Origin: Clostridia bacterium | GTDB taxonomy: Bacteria; Bacillota; Clostridia; Christensenellales; DTU072 | Length of the DNA stretch: 60,962 nucleotides | Reading direction: 5' to 3' | NCBI GenBank assembly: GCA_017476265.1 | Contig: JAFVAC010000033.1 | Location: forward strand, 1 to 60,962 | Shown here: positions 1-9,267 of the stretch, piece by piece | Numbering within the stretch: the stretch's first letter is position 1 | How the letters are laid out: the number at the start of each line of letters is the position of its first letter | The notes under the pieces: generated by a model | The model's database searches: none | What the model was told of the DNA's origin: nothing | What the model saw: only the letters and a program-made list of their open reading frames with translations | Program-made: the position numbers and the translations under genes

Positions 1-141
1 ATCATACAACAAAGGTGGCTCTTCACCTATCTTTTTTTTGCAATTTTGCCCCTTCCCCGGGGGGAGGGGTGCCGGGGACCCTCTTTCTCCGCTCTTTTAT
101 GAGCAATTTCAAATGTGTATCAAATGTATTGTAAACCTACA
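1..141 (-). repeat. Left copy of 141-bp terminal inverted repeat (probable end of a multicopy IS-like element)
   Basis: Exact reverse complement of 60822..60962; identity stops at ...GTAAACCTACA; contains GC hairpin CCCCTTCC-CCGGG-GGGAGGGG and a doubled TCAAATGT. Confidence 0.9.
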
Positions 142-191
142 ACTATGGACGAGTCGTTGTAAAAATATGGTCAAGATGTGAAAAAACACCT

Positions 192-1067
192 TTATTTTTG
201 TGTTTTCGCACTCTCGATCAAGAGATCGACCAATCGGGAGAGGTCGCTACCGACGGGACCAAACGGCATAAGCAGCGAGATTTGGATAAAGGCGTCGGTG
301 TCATACGCAAGCCAGGCGCATTCTCCTCCTTCGGCGCGGTAAAAATCGGGCGAGAGACAGACCGCTTTTCCGGCGGCGACGAGGGTCAAGGTCGTGTCGT
401 GCGAGTCGCTGTTGAAGGTGCGGACGACGCCTTCGTCTTCCAGTTCTATCTGCAGACGTCGCAAGTTTTTGCGCGAAACGGAGCCGACTAAGAGGGTCCG
501 ACCGGATAGGTCTGTCTTTTTTACGATCGGCAGGGCGGTCAGGGGGTCGTCTTTTGCGACCAAAAGTCGGATCGGGGAGCGATACAAGGGGACGCGCTTT
601 GCGTCCTTGACGCCCTTCAAGTCCTCTTCGTCGGCGATGATGAGATCGACCTCGCCTTTAGCGAAAGCGGCAAGGAGCCCGTTCGGCGCAAAGACCGGTG
701 CAATGGACAGGTCGGGACGTTCTCGCCCCATCTTTTCCAGTACGGCGGGGAGGGCGGGGAAGTAGGAGCGTCTGGGCAGTCCGACCCGGATCTCTTTGTC
801 GAAGTGAGTGGAAAAGTTTTGGCCCCGCTCGACGGCAAAATGCAGATCGCGCAAGACCTTTTCAAGATCGGACACGAAGACGCGTCCGGCGGGCGTAAGG
901 GCGACGGAACGCCCCGTGCGGTCGAAGATGGAGAATCCGACTTCCGATTCGACGGCGGCGATCTGATAGGAGAGCGCCGGCTGGCTCATGTACAGTCGCT
1001 CGGCGGTCTCGCGGAAGGACAGACTCTTGGAGAGTTCTATGACGGACAGCATTTCTTTTGTGTTCAT
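192..1067 (-). CDS. LysR-family transcriptional regulator
   Basis: N-terminal HTH SFRETAERLYMSQPALSYQIAAVESEVG..FDRTGRSVALTPAG; divergent from the SDR gene. Confidence 0.93.
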   Translation of the reverse strand: MNTKEMLSVIELSKSLSFRETAERLYMSQPALSYQIAAVESEVGFSIFDRTGRSVALTPAGRVFVSDLEKVLRDLHFAVERGQNFSTHFDKEIRVGLPRRSYFPALPAVLEKMGRERPDLSIAPVFAPNGLLAAFAKGEVDLIIADEEDLKGVKDAKRVPLYRSPIRLLVAKDDPLTALPIVKKTDLSGRTLLVGSVSRKNLRRLQIELEDEGVVRTFNSDSHDTTLTLVAAGKAVCLSPDFYRAEGGECAWLAYDTDAFIQISLLMPFGPVGSDLSRLVDLLIESAKTQK

Positions 1068-1152
1068 AAAAATATTCTATCAACAATAAGCAGAATCTGT
1101 CAAATAATTTTATCAATAGATGGTATAATGAAGGCAGTCGTAAGGAGGCAAT

Positions 1153-1983
1153 ATGAAAGACGTAGTATTATTATGCGGTGCGGGACAGATCGGTCTCGCC
1201 ATAGCGAGAAGAGTGGGACGAGATAAGAAAATCGTCGTCGGCGACAAAAGGATATCGAATGCCGAAGCGGTCGTAAAAGTGCTGACGGAAGCGGGATTCG
1301 ACGCGGTGGCGACGGAGACAGATCTATCCGACCGTGGCTCGATCCAACAAGCGATAGCCTTTTGCAGTCGTTTCGGCGAGATCGCGCATCTTGTCAACGC
1401 CGCCGGCGTTTCGCCCTCGCAAGCGCCGATAGAGACCATTTTGAAAGTGGACCTCTACGGCACCGCGGTCCTGTTGGAAGAGGTGGGTAAGGTCATAAAG
1501 TTCGGCGGCACGGGCGTCACGATTTCCAGTCAATCGGGTTACCGAATGGAGCAACTTGGGGAGCGAAAAGACAGACTTCTTGCCACAACGCCCACGGAAG
1601 AACTTTTATTGCTCGACTTTTTGCAACCGGAAAATATCCGCGACTCTCTCCACGCCTATCAGCTGGCAAAACGCGCCAACGGGAAGCGCGTGATGTACGA
1701 AGCGACGCGGTGGGCGGAGCGAGGAGCACGGATCAATTCCATTTCTCCGGGGATCATCGTGACCCCTCTTGCGATAGACGAATTCAACGGTCCTCGGGGG
1801 GACTTTTACAAGAATATGTTCGCAAACTGCCCCGCCGGGAGACCGGGGACCGCGGACGAGGTGGCGAGCCTTGCCGAACTCGTTCTCTCTCCCGCGGGCG
1901 CCTTTATCACGGGGAGTGACTTTTTGATCGACGGCGGCGCGACGGCAAGTTATTTTTACGGCACATTGCAACCGAAACAATAG
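1153..1983 (+). CDS. Short-chain dehydrogenase/reductase (SDR)
   Basis: GAGQIG nucleotide-binding motif, LVNAAG, YQLAK catalytic motif, RINSISPG; RBS AGGAGG. Confidence 0.92.
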   Translation: MKDVVLLCGAGQIGLAIARRVGRDKKIVVGDKRISNAEAVVKVLTEAGFDAVATETDLSDRGSIQQAIAFCSRFGEIAHLVNAAGVSPSQAPIETILKVDLYGTAVLLEEVGKVIKFGGTGVTISSQSGYRMEQLGERKDRLLATTPTEELLLLDFLQPENIRDSLHAYQLAKRANGKRVMYEATRWAERGARINSISPGIIVTPLAIDEFNGPRGDFYKNMFANCPAGRPGTADEVASLAELVLSPAGAFITGSDFLIDGGATASYFYGTLQPKQ

Positions 1984-1993
1984 GAGGATATCT

Positions 1994-2494
1994 ATGAAAA
2001 GTTTAGTCATCTACTTCTCTCGTCCGGGCGACAACTGGGCGGTGGGATATATCGAAAAAGGCAACACCGAAGTGATCGCGGAATATATCGGAGAGTACAC
2101 GGGAGCGGATCTCTTTAAGTGCGACCCGAAAAAACCCTACTCCGAGGACTACACCAAATGCACGCAGGAAGCGATGGCGTACAAAAAGCGCGACGCAAGA
2201 CCGGAGCTGAAGTCCTACCTTGACGACGTCTCCGACTACGACGTGATCTATATCGGCGGACCGATCTATTGGGGAGAATTGCCCTACGAAGTCTATACCG
2301 AACTCGACCGTCTCGACTTCTCGGGCAAGATCGTCAAGCCCTTCGCCACGCACGAAGGTTCGGGACTGGGGAGCGTGGAGAGCGTCCTCAAAAGAAAGTG
2401 CGTCGGCGCGACCGTCAAGAGAGGTCTGGCGATACAGGGCAGTTCGGTTCGGTCGTCTTTTGCCAAGTCGCAGGTCAAGGCATGGGTGGAGTAA
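1994..2494 (+). CDS. Flavodoxin
   Basis: LVIYFSR..N....GNTE, YIGGPIYWG, PFATHEGSGLG. Confidence 0.92.
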   Translation: MKSLVIYFSRPGDNWAVGYIEKGNTEVIAEYIGEYTGADLFKCDPKKPYSEDYTKCTQEAMAYKKRDARPELKSYLDDVSDYDVIYIGGPIYWGELPYEVYTELDRLDFSGKIVKPFATHEGSGLGSVESVLKRKCVGATVKRGLAIQGSSVRSSFAKSQVKAWVE

Positions 2495-2497
2495 GGT

Positions 2498-2590
2498 ATG
2501 GACGTCTTTGATCGGATGCGCTCGGGAGAGAGGATCGACGGGAAGGGTGTTCGTCGCTCTTGCGTATTACGCCAAAAAGGTTTATACTGA
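2498..2590 (+). pseudogene. Possible truncated N-terminus of a sugar (maltose) O-acetyltransferase-like gene
   Basis: ATG 3 nt after flavodoxin stop; MDVFDRMRSGERID resembles starts of such proteins, then drifts to a stop after 30 codons. Confidence 0.35.
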
Positions 2591-2650
2591 TTGCGCGGCG
2601 AGACGAAAAACGGTTAGGTTCGACCCAAGATCGGACATCGGGGAGGAAAG

Positions 2651-3160
2651 ATGAGATTATTGTTTGTTATGGACGCCAATAATTATGCGCCGGACGCGCC
2701 GATATTCGAGCGTCCGAGCGTGCGGGGCGTGATGATACGGGAGGGCAAGATCGCTCTTGTGCATAGTCTATTATTTGACTACTACAAGTTTGCCGGCGGC
2801 GGCGCCGAACCGGGAGAAGACCACGTCACAACTCTCTGCCGGGAGGTGCGGGAGGAAGTCGGACTTGTCGTCAAAAAGGACTCGATACGTCCCTTCGGTC
2901 GGGTCCTGCGCAAAGAAAAGCGCGGAGAAGTCGTCCTCGTGCAACAGAACTATTATTATCTCTGCGAGGCGGAAGAGGGGCGCGTAGAGTGCGACTTCGA
3001 CGACTACGAGCGAGAGGAAGGATTCACGCTCGAGTGGGTAGACCCGAAGTACGCTATTTTGACCAATCGGACCAAGGAGCACGGCAAAAAGAGCCCTTAC
3101 ATGATCGAGCGGGAGTCGAAAGTCCTCGAGATCTTGATAGAAGAGGGCTATTTCGACTGA
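2651..3160 (+). CDS. NUDIX hydrolase
   Basis: Nudix box GGGAEPGEDHVTTLCREVREEVG. Confidence 0.9.
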   Translation: MRLLFVMDANNYAPDAPIFERPSVRGVMIREGKIALVHSLLFDYYKFAGGGAEPGEDHVTTLCREVREEVGLVVKKDSIRPFGRVLRKEKRGEVVLVQQNYYYLCEAEEGRVECDFDDYEREEGFTLEWVDPKYAILTNRTKEHGKKSPYMIERESKVLEILIEEGYFD

Positions 3161-3289
3161 TTTTTTTGACAAACGGACCGACCTTGCGGAAAAATTTCGG
3201 AAAAATCGCGCAAGGTCTTTTTTTGTCGAAAAAAACGTGGTATAATGGATCCGGTAAGGAGATATTCCTTACAATTAAGGAGGTAAAGT

Positions 3290-4744
3290 ATGAGTCTATT
3301 GTCCATAACGACGGGCGGGATCATTGCCCTCGCCGTCATCGTGCCCATTTTGGCGATCCTACTGGCGATCGTCTTCATCTGCGGCTATCTGAAAGCGCCG
3401 CCCGATACGGCTTACATCATTTCGGGTCCTTTTTCCAAACGTCGTATCCTGATCGGTAAGGCGGGCTGGCGGATCCCGTTCTTTGAGAGGCTGGACAAAC
3501 TGTCTTTGCGCGTTATGCAGGTGGACGTCAAGACCAGCGAGGCTGTCCCCACCAACGAGTTTATTAACGTCAACGTGGACGGCGTCGCCAACATCAAAAT
3601 TTCGTCCGATCCCGAACTGTTGAAGAAAGCGGCGGAAGCGCTTCTTGGCATGAGCCAGGCGGAACTGATCAGCCTCGTGACGCAAGTGCTGGAAGGCAAT
3701 ATGCGTGAGATCGTCGGGTCGGTCGGATTGAAAGAGATGGTCCAGGATCGTCAGGGCGTCGCCAAAAAGATCACCGAAAACGTCGTCCCCGATATGGAAA
3801 AACTCGGTATCGAGGTCGTCAACTTCAACATTCAGAACTTCAAAGACAACGCCGGAACCATCGAAAACATGGGTATCGACAACGTCGAACAGATCAGAAA
3901 GAACGCGCAGATCGCCAAAGCCAACGCGCAGCGCGACATCGCCATAGCGACTTCACACGCGCAGGAAGAGGCGAACGCCGTCAAGGTGGAGACCGAAAAG
4001 AAGATCGCCGAGCAAAACGCCGCTCTCGCGGTGCAACAAGCCGATATGAAGGTCCTCGCCGATAACAAGCGCGCCCAAGCGGACGCCGCATATTCGATCG
4101 AACAAGAGGCGCAACGCAAGACCATCGAGATCACCAAGGCGGACGCAGACATCGCACGCAAAGCGAAAGAGGCGGAACTTGCCGAAAAGGACATCGCTCT
4201 CCGTGAGAGACAGCTGGACGCCGAGATCAGAAAGCAAGCCGACGCGATGAACTACAAGATCGCCAAAGAAGCCGACGCGATGAACTATCGCATCGCCAAA
4301 GAAGCGGAGGCGGAACTGGTCAAGAGACAGCGTGAAGCCGACGCGCAGAAGTACGAAGCGGAGATGAGAGCCGCCGCTCAAAAGGCGGAGGCGGAAGCCA
4401 AGCGCTACGCGATGGAGCAGGAAGCGGAAGGTATTCGCGCCAAAGGTCTCGCCGAGGCGGAAGCCATCGAAAAGAAAGCCGAAGCGCAAAAGAAGATGGG
4501 CGAAGCGTCCGTCATCGAAATGTATCTGCAGACCCTGCCCGAAGTGGTCAAGAACGCCGCCCTGCCGCTGGCGCAGACCGACAAGATCGTCATGTACGGC
4601 GAGGGCAACAGCACCAAGATCGTCAAAGACGTCATGAACGGCGCCAATCAGGTCATCGAGGGCGTCAAGGAGTCCACCGGGATCGACATCAACGCAATGA
4701 TCTCCGGCATGGTCGGCGCAAAATTGGTCGATAAAAAAGACTGA
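3290..4744 (+). CDS. Flotillin-family (SPFH/band 7) protein
   Basis: N-terminal TM, SPFH domain (LEGNMREIVG), long Ala/Glu-rich coiled coil, LAQTDKIVMYG tail. Confidence 0.92.
   Translation: MSLLSITTGGIIALAVIVPILAILLAIVFICGYLKAPPDTAYIISGPFSKRRILIGKAGWRIPFFERLDKLSLRVMQVDVKTSEAVPTNEFINVNVDGVANIKISSDPELLKKAAEALLGMSQAELISLVTQVLEGNMREIVGSVGLKEMVQDRQGVAKKITENVVPDMEKLGIEVVNFNIQNFKDNAGTIENMGIDNVEQIRKNAQIAKANAQRDIAIATSHAQEEANAVKVETEKKIAEQNAALAVQQADMKVLADNKRAQADAAYSIEQEAQRKTIEITKADADIARKAKEAELAEKDIALRERQLDAEIRKQADAMNYKIAKEADAMNYRIAKEAEAELVKRQREADAQKYEAEMRAAAQKAEAEAKRYAMEQEAEGIRAKGLAEAEAIEKKAEAQKKMGEASVIEMYLQTLPEVVKNAALPLAQTDKIVMYGEGNSTKIVKDVMNGANQVIEGVKESTGIDINAMISGMVGAKLVDKKD
4238..4303 (+). repeat. 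33-bp in-frame tandem duplication within flotillin
   Basis: GCCGACGCGATGAACTACAAGATCGCCAAAGAA / GCCGACGCGATGAACTATCGCATCGCCAAAGAA = ADAMNY(K/R)IAKE twice. Confidence 0.9.
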
Positions 4745-4803
4745 CGGCGCGCCACCCGCCCACCCCGCGCCGAAATGCACCGAAAGGGGAACGTAAAATA
4801 AGG

Positions 4804-4834
4804 ACGCTCTCGGGACTATCCCGGGAGCGTTTTT
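4804..4834 (+). terminator. Intrinsic terminator after flotillin
   Basis: ACGCTCTCGGGA-CTA-TCCCGGGAGCGT followed by T run. Confidence 0.7.
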
Positions 4835-4933
4835 GCTCCTTTCGCAAAAAAATAGGGAAAAAGAACTGGATCATTGACAAAACGATAACTAAGATGGTAC
4901 TATAAACGAAAGGTTTTCTTACGGAGGGAAGCA

Positions 4934-5425
4934 ATGGACGAATTGAGAAAGAGCGTGTTGGGACTGCTGAAAGAGGACGCAAGGTACTCGGCTAAGCAGA
5001 TCGCCGTGATGTTGGGCAAGACCGAGAGCGAGATCGCGGAGGCGATCGGATATCTTGAGGAGACCGGGGTCATCGTCAAATACACCGCCGTAATCAACGG
5101 GGACAAGACGGGCGAGGACTATGTGGACGCGCTCATCGAGGTCAAGGTGACGCCCCAACCGAGGAGCGGATTCGACGCGATCGCGGAGGAGATCAACCGT
5201 TTTGACGAAGTCAAGGCGGTGTACCTTATGAGCGGGACGTACGATCTGACCGTGATGCTGGAGAGCAAGACCATACGCGACATCTCCCTGTTCGTGTCCG
5301 AGCGCTTGTCCACCATCGACTGCGTCGTTGGGACCGCGACGCATTTTATTATGAAGAAGTATAAGGACGGTGGGGTCGTATTGGAGAGTGAGGAAGGCAA
5401 AAACAGAATGGCGGTGCACGCATAA
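4934..5425 (+). CDS. Lrp/AsnC-family regulator
   Basis: LKEDARYSAKQIAVMLG HTH; VYLMSGTYDL effector domain; stop overlaps start of aminotransferase. Confidence 0.92.
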   Translation: MDELRKSVLGLLKEDARYSAKQIAVMLGKTESEIAEAIGYLEETGVIVKYTAVINGDKTGEDYVDALIEVKVTPQPRSGFDAIAEEINRFDEVKAVYLMSGTYDLTVMLESKTIRDISLFVSERLSTIDCVVGTATHFIMKKYKDGGVVLESEEGKNRMAVHA

Positions 5426-6606
5426 TGGACTATAAGCGTTTCGTAAACGACCGTGCCGCGAGTCTCAAGCCCTCCGGGATACGAAGATTTTTCGATCTCG
5501 TGTCGGAAAAAAAGGGCGCCATATCCTTGGGCGTAGGAGAGCCGGATTTTGCCACGCCCTACGTGGGGCGCGACCGCGCGGTCAAATATATCAATAAGGG
5601 ATTCACCCAATACACCCCCAACGGCGGTTATCCTGAGTTGCGAGAGTTGATCTCGGCATACTATTCCCGCCGATACGGTCTGGTTTATGATCCCAAAACG
5701 GAGATTTTGGTGACCGTAGGAGCCAGTGAGGCGATCGATCTTGCTCTACGCGCCGTCGTCAGCTACGGCGACGAGGTGCTGCTGCCGGATCCGTCCTACG
5801 TGTCCTATCTACCGTGCGTGACGATGTCCGGGGCGGTCCCGGTCACGGTGCCGTGTTCGGAGAAAAACGGGTTTCGGTTGACGGCGAAAGCGCTGGAAGA
5901 AAAGATAACCGCCGGGACGAAAGTCCTCATCTTGCCTTACCCCAACAATCCTACGGGCGGCATTTTGGAGAGGGCGGATCTCGAGGCGATCGCCAAGGTC
6001 TGTATAGAGCGGGATATTCTGGTCATAAGCGACGAGATCTATTCCGAGTTGACCTACACGGAGTCCGGGCACGTCTCCATTGCGTCCATACCCGGGATGC
6101 GGGAGCGCACAGTCGTCATCAACGGGTTTTCCAAAGCGTTCGCCATGACGGGGTGGAGATTGGGGTACCTTCTGTGCCCGCCGGAATTGTTGAGTCCTAT
6201 GTACAAGATCCATCAGTACACCATTATGTGCGCGCCGACGGCAAGTCAGCACGCCGCGATAGGGGTCCTTCGGCAGAGTCTCGAAGACGATTTTGCCTCC
6301 GTCAAGGAGATGCGTTCGCAGTACGATATGCGCAGACGGTATCTTGTGAACGAGTTCAACGAGATGGGATTGCATTGCTTCGAGCCGGAGGGGGCGTTCT
6401 ACGTCTTTCCGTCCGTCGAAGGGACGGGGATGGACGGTGAGGCGTTCGCCGAGACCCTTCTGGAACAAAAAAACGGGGCGGTCGTGCCGGGATCGGCTTT
6501 CGGCGAGGGTGGAAAGTACTTCGTCCGCGTCAGCTACGCGTATTCGATGAAAAACCTTCAAAAAGCCGTCGGACTCATCCGCGAGTTTTTGTCCGAACGG
6601 GAATAG
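5425..6606 (+). CDS. PLP-dependent aminotransferase class I/II
   Basis: SLGVGEPDF, YPNNPTG, SDEIY, GFSKAFAMTGWRLG. Confidence 0.94.
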   Translation: MDYKRFVNDRAASLKPSGIRRFFDLVSEKKGAISLGVGEPDFATPYVGRDRAVKYINKGFTQYTPNGGYPELRELISAYYSRRYGLVYDPKTEILVTVGASEAIDLALRAVVSYGDEVLLPDPSYVSYLPCVTMSGAVPVTVPCSEKNGFRLTAKALEEKITAGTKVLILPYPNNPTGGILERADLEAIAKVCIERDILVISDEIYSELTYTESGHVSIASIPGMRERTVVINGFSKAFAMTGWRLGYLLCPPELLSPMYKIHQYTIMCAPTASQHAAIGVLRQSLEDDFASVKEMRSQYDMRRRYLVNEFNEMGLHCFEPEGAFYVFPSVEGTGMDGEAFAETLLEQKNGAVVPGSAFGEGGKYFVRVSYAYSMKNLQKAVGLIREFLSERE

Positions 6607-6769
6607 ATTGAAAAAAAGATCGACGAAATGCCGCTCGGACGTGACCGGGCGGTTTTTTTGCAAAAAAAGTCAACATTCGTCGAATCATTTTGACAAAAAG
6701 TTTGCAAAAAGACTTCTCGGATGGTAATATAATCTATAGAATAATTTACTACGCTAAAGAGGATATCGT

Positions 6770-8434
6770 ATGGAGTATATCGAAAAGACGTTGGGGCAGG
6801 TCATTGGAGACTTGGCTCACAACAGTCCCGAAGGGCTGGCGTTTCAGTTCGCCGACAGGGACTATCGCAGGACCTGGAAAGAGTTCGACGAGGAGACCAC
6901 CGCCGTCGCCAAAGGGTTTATGGCGTTGGGGGTAAAAAAGGGGGAGAAGATCTCCATGTGGGCAACCAACACGCCGGAATGGATGATCACGCTCTTTGCC
7001 GCGGCGAAGATCGGCGCGGTCTTTGTCACGGTCAACACCAACTATAAGAGTTTTGAACTGGAGTACCTCCTGTCCCAGTCGGATACCAAGGTATTGGTGA
7101 TGATGAAAGGATTTAAGGACTCCGACTACGTCGGCATCGTCAACGGGATCTTGCCCGATCTGACCAAGTCGATCGACGGACGGGTGAGCGACGACCGTCT
7201 GCCTATGCTGGAGCAGGTGATCTTTTCCGGCACGCAAGAGGCACCGGAAGGGTACTTGCACTTCGACAGATTGATCGACCTCGGCAAGACCGTCTCCGAC
7301 GAGGAGTACTTGACGCGGTATGCCTCGGTCACCAACGACGAGATCGTCAATATGCAGTACACGTCGGGTACGACGGGCTTCCCGAAAGGGGTCATGCTCA
7401 CCCACAGGAACATCGTCAACAACGGAAAGTGCATCGGCGACGGAATGAACTTCGGTCCCGAAGACCGTCTTCTTATCTGCGTGCCCTTCTTCCACTGCTT
7501 CGGACTGGTCCTTGCGGTCATGGCGTCCATCACGCACGGGACGGGGATGGTCCCCATCGACCACTACAGTCCCATACCCGTCATGGCGGCGATCGACAAG
7601 TGGAAGTGTACCGCCATCCACGGCGTGCCGACGATGTACATCGCTATGTTGGAGAATCCGAACTTTCAAAAATACGACTTTTCCTCTCTTCGGACCGGGA
7701 TCATGGCGGGGTCGCCCTGCCCGGTGGAAGTGATGAAGCAAGTGGTGGACAAGATGAATATGAAAGAGATCGTCATTGTCTTCGGGCAGACCGAGGCGAG
7801 CCCGGGATGCACGATGACTACGACTAGCGACAGTCTTGAAAGGCGCGTCGCCACTGTGGGCAAAGCTTTTCCCGGAGTGGAGTGCAAGATCGTGGACCCG
7901 GAGACCGGCGCGGAGATGCCTCGAGGACAGGCGGGGGAATTCGTCGCGCGGGGATATAACATTATGAAAGGGTACTATAAGATGCCGGAGGCGACGGCGC
8001 AGGCCATCGACAAGGACGGCTGGCTCCATACGGGGGACCTCTGCACCGAGGATAGCGAGGGGTACTTCAAGGTCGTCGGGCGCATCAAGGATATGGTCAT
8101 CCGCGGAGGGGAGAACATTTATCCCAAAGAGATAGAAGAATTTTTGTACACCTTGCCGCAGATCTCCGACGTACAGGTGGTCGGCGTCCCCAGCAAGCAG
8201 TACGGAGAAGAGGTCATGGCGTTTATCATTCTCAAGCAGGGCGAAACGATGACCGAGGAGGAAGTCAAAGCCGCCGTCCGCGCGAATATGGCGCGGCACA
8301 AGGTCCCGAGCTACGTCTGTTTTGTAGACGCATTCCCGGTGACGGCGAGCGGAAAGATACAGAAATTCAAACTGCGTGAGCAGGCGATCGAGATACTGAA
8401 ACTGCACGACGCCGCCAATATTGAGACGGCGTAA
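6770..8434 (+). CDS. AMP-binding acyl-CoA synthetase
   Basis: QYTSGTTGFPKG, FGQTE, GWLHTGD, GRIKDMVIRGGENIYP, SGKIQK. Confidence 0.94.
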   Translation: MEYIEKTLGQVIGDLAHNSPEGLAFQFADRDYRRTWKEFDEETTAVAKGFMALGVKKGEKISMWATNTPEWMITLFAAAKIGAVFVTVNTNYKSFELEYLLSQSDTKVLVMMKGFKDSDYVGIVNGILPDLTKSIDGRVSDDRLPMLEQVIFSGTQEAPEGYLHFDRLIDLGKTVSDEEYLTRYASVTNDEIVNMQYTSGTTGFPKGVMLTHRNIVNNGKCIGDGMNFGPEDRLLICVPFFHCFGLVLAVMASITHGTGMVPIDHYSPIPVMAAIDKWKCTAIHGVPTMYIAMLENPNFQKYDFSSLRTGIMAGSPCPVEVMKQVVDKMNMKEIVIVFGQTEASPGCTMTTTSDSLERRVATVGKAFPGVECKIVDPETGAEMPRGQAGEFVARGYNIMKGYYKMPEATAQAIDKDGWLHTGDLCTEDSEGYFKVVGRIKDMVIRGGENIYPKEIEEFLYTLPQISDVQVVGVPSKQYGEEVMAFIILKQGETMTEEEVKAAVRANMARHKVPSYVCFVDAFPVTASGKIQKFKLREQAIEILKLHDAANIETA

Positions 8435-8445
8435 GAGGAGGAGAG

Positions 8446-9231
8446 ATGAAGATAGCTTTTTCTACGATAGGGTGTCCCGAGTGGACGTTCGACGAGATCT
8501 TTGCCGTCGCCAACGATCTGCGATACGACGGCGTGGAGATCCGGGGCGTGGGCAGAGAGATGTACGCGCCCAACATCAAACAACTGACCGACGGGACACT
8601 GGAGAAGAAGACGGCAAAGTCCGGCTTGAAGGTGTGCTGTCTGACCTCGGGGGCGACTTTCGCCACGCACGAGGGGGCGGACAGATCGGTTGAAGAAGCC
8701 AAGGCGTACGTCGACCTCGCCGATAGGTTGGGCGTGCCGTACGTCCGCATCATGAGCACCGACAAGCCCTATTACGACGGCGGCGACATCAAACTGTGCG
8801 AGAGGCTCTTTGCCGATCTCGTAAAATATGCCGAAAAGACCTCCGTCACGCCGCTGATTGAGACCAACGGACTCTTCGTGGACACCTCTTTATTGAAGTC
8901 CTTTTTGGAGACGACGGGCGGCGGCGCACTGTGGGATATCCATCACCCATATCGCTTCGGCGGAGAGAAAGTGACGGAAAGCTACGAAAATCTTAAGTCT
9001 TTTGTCAAGCACGTCCATATCAAGGATTCGGTTGTGGAAAAGGGAAAGACTTCTTACCGCATCGTCGGATACGGCGACGTCCCCATCGTAGAGGCGATCG
9101 CGCTGTTAAAAGGGGACGGATTCGACGGATATCTGACGATGGAGTGGGTCAAAAGATGGCATAAAGAACTGGAAGAACCGGGAGTCGTTTTGGCACACTA
9201 TCCCTTCTTTATGCGTAGATATGCGAAATAA
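8446..9231 (+). CDS. Sugar-phosphate isomerase/epimerase (xylose-isomerase-like TIM barrel)
   Basis: MKIAFSTIGCP, DGVEIRG, LIET, WDIHH, HVHIKD, LTMEW metal-binding pattern. Confidence 0.85.
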   Translation: MKIAFSTIGCPEWTFDEIFAVANDLRYDGVEIRGVGREMYAPNIKQLTDGTLEKKTAKSGLKVCCLTSGATFATHEGADRSVEEAKAYVDLADRLGVPYVRIMSTDKPYYDGGDIKLCERLFADLVKYAEKTSVTPLIETNGLFVDTSLLKSFLETTGGGALWDIHHPYRFGGEKVTESYENLKSFVKHVHIKDSVVEKGKTSYRIVGYGDVPIVEAIALLKGDGFDGYLTMEWVKRWHKELEEPGVVLAHYPFFMRRYAK

Positions 9232-9267
9232 CAGATAAAGGCGCGCCGAATTTTGTAAAAGGAGAAT

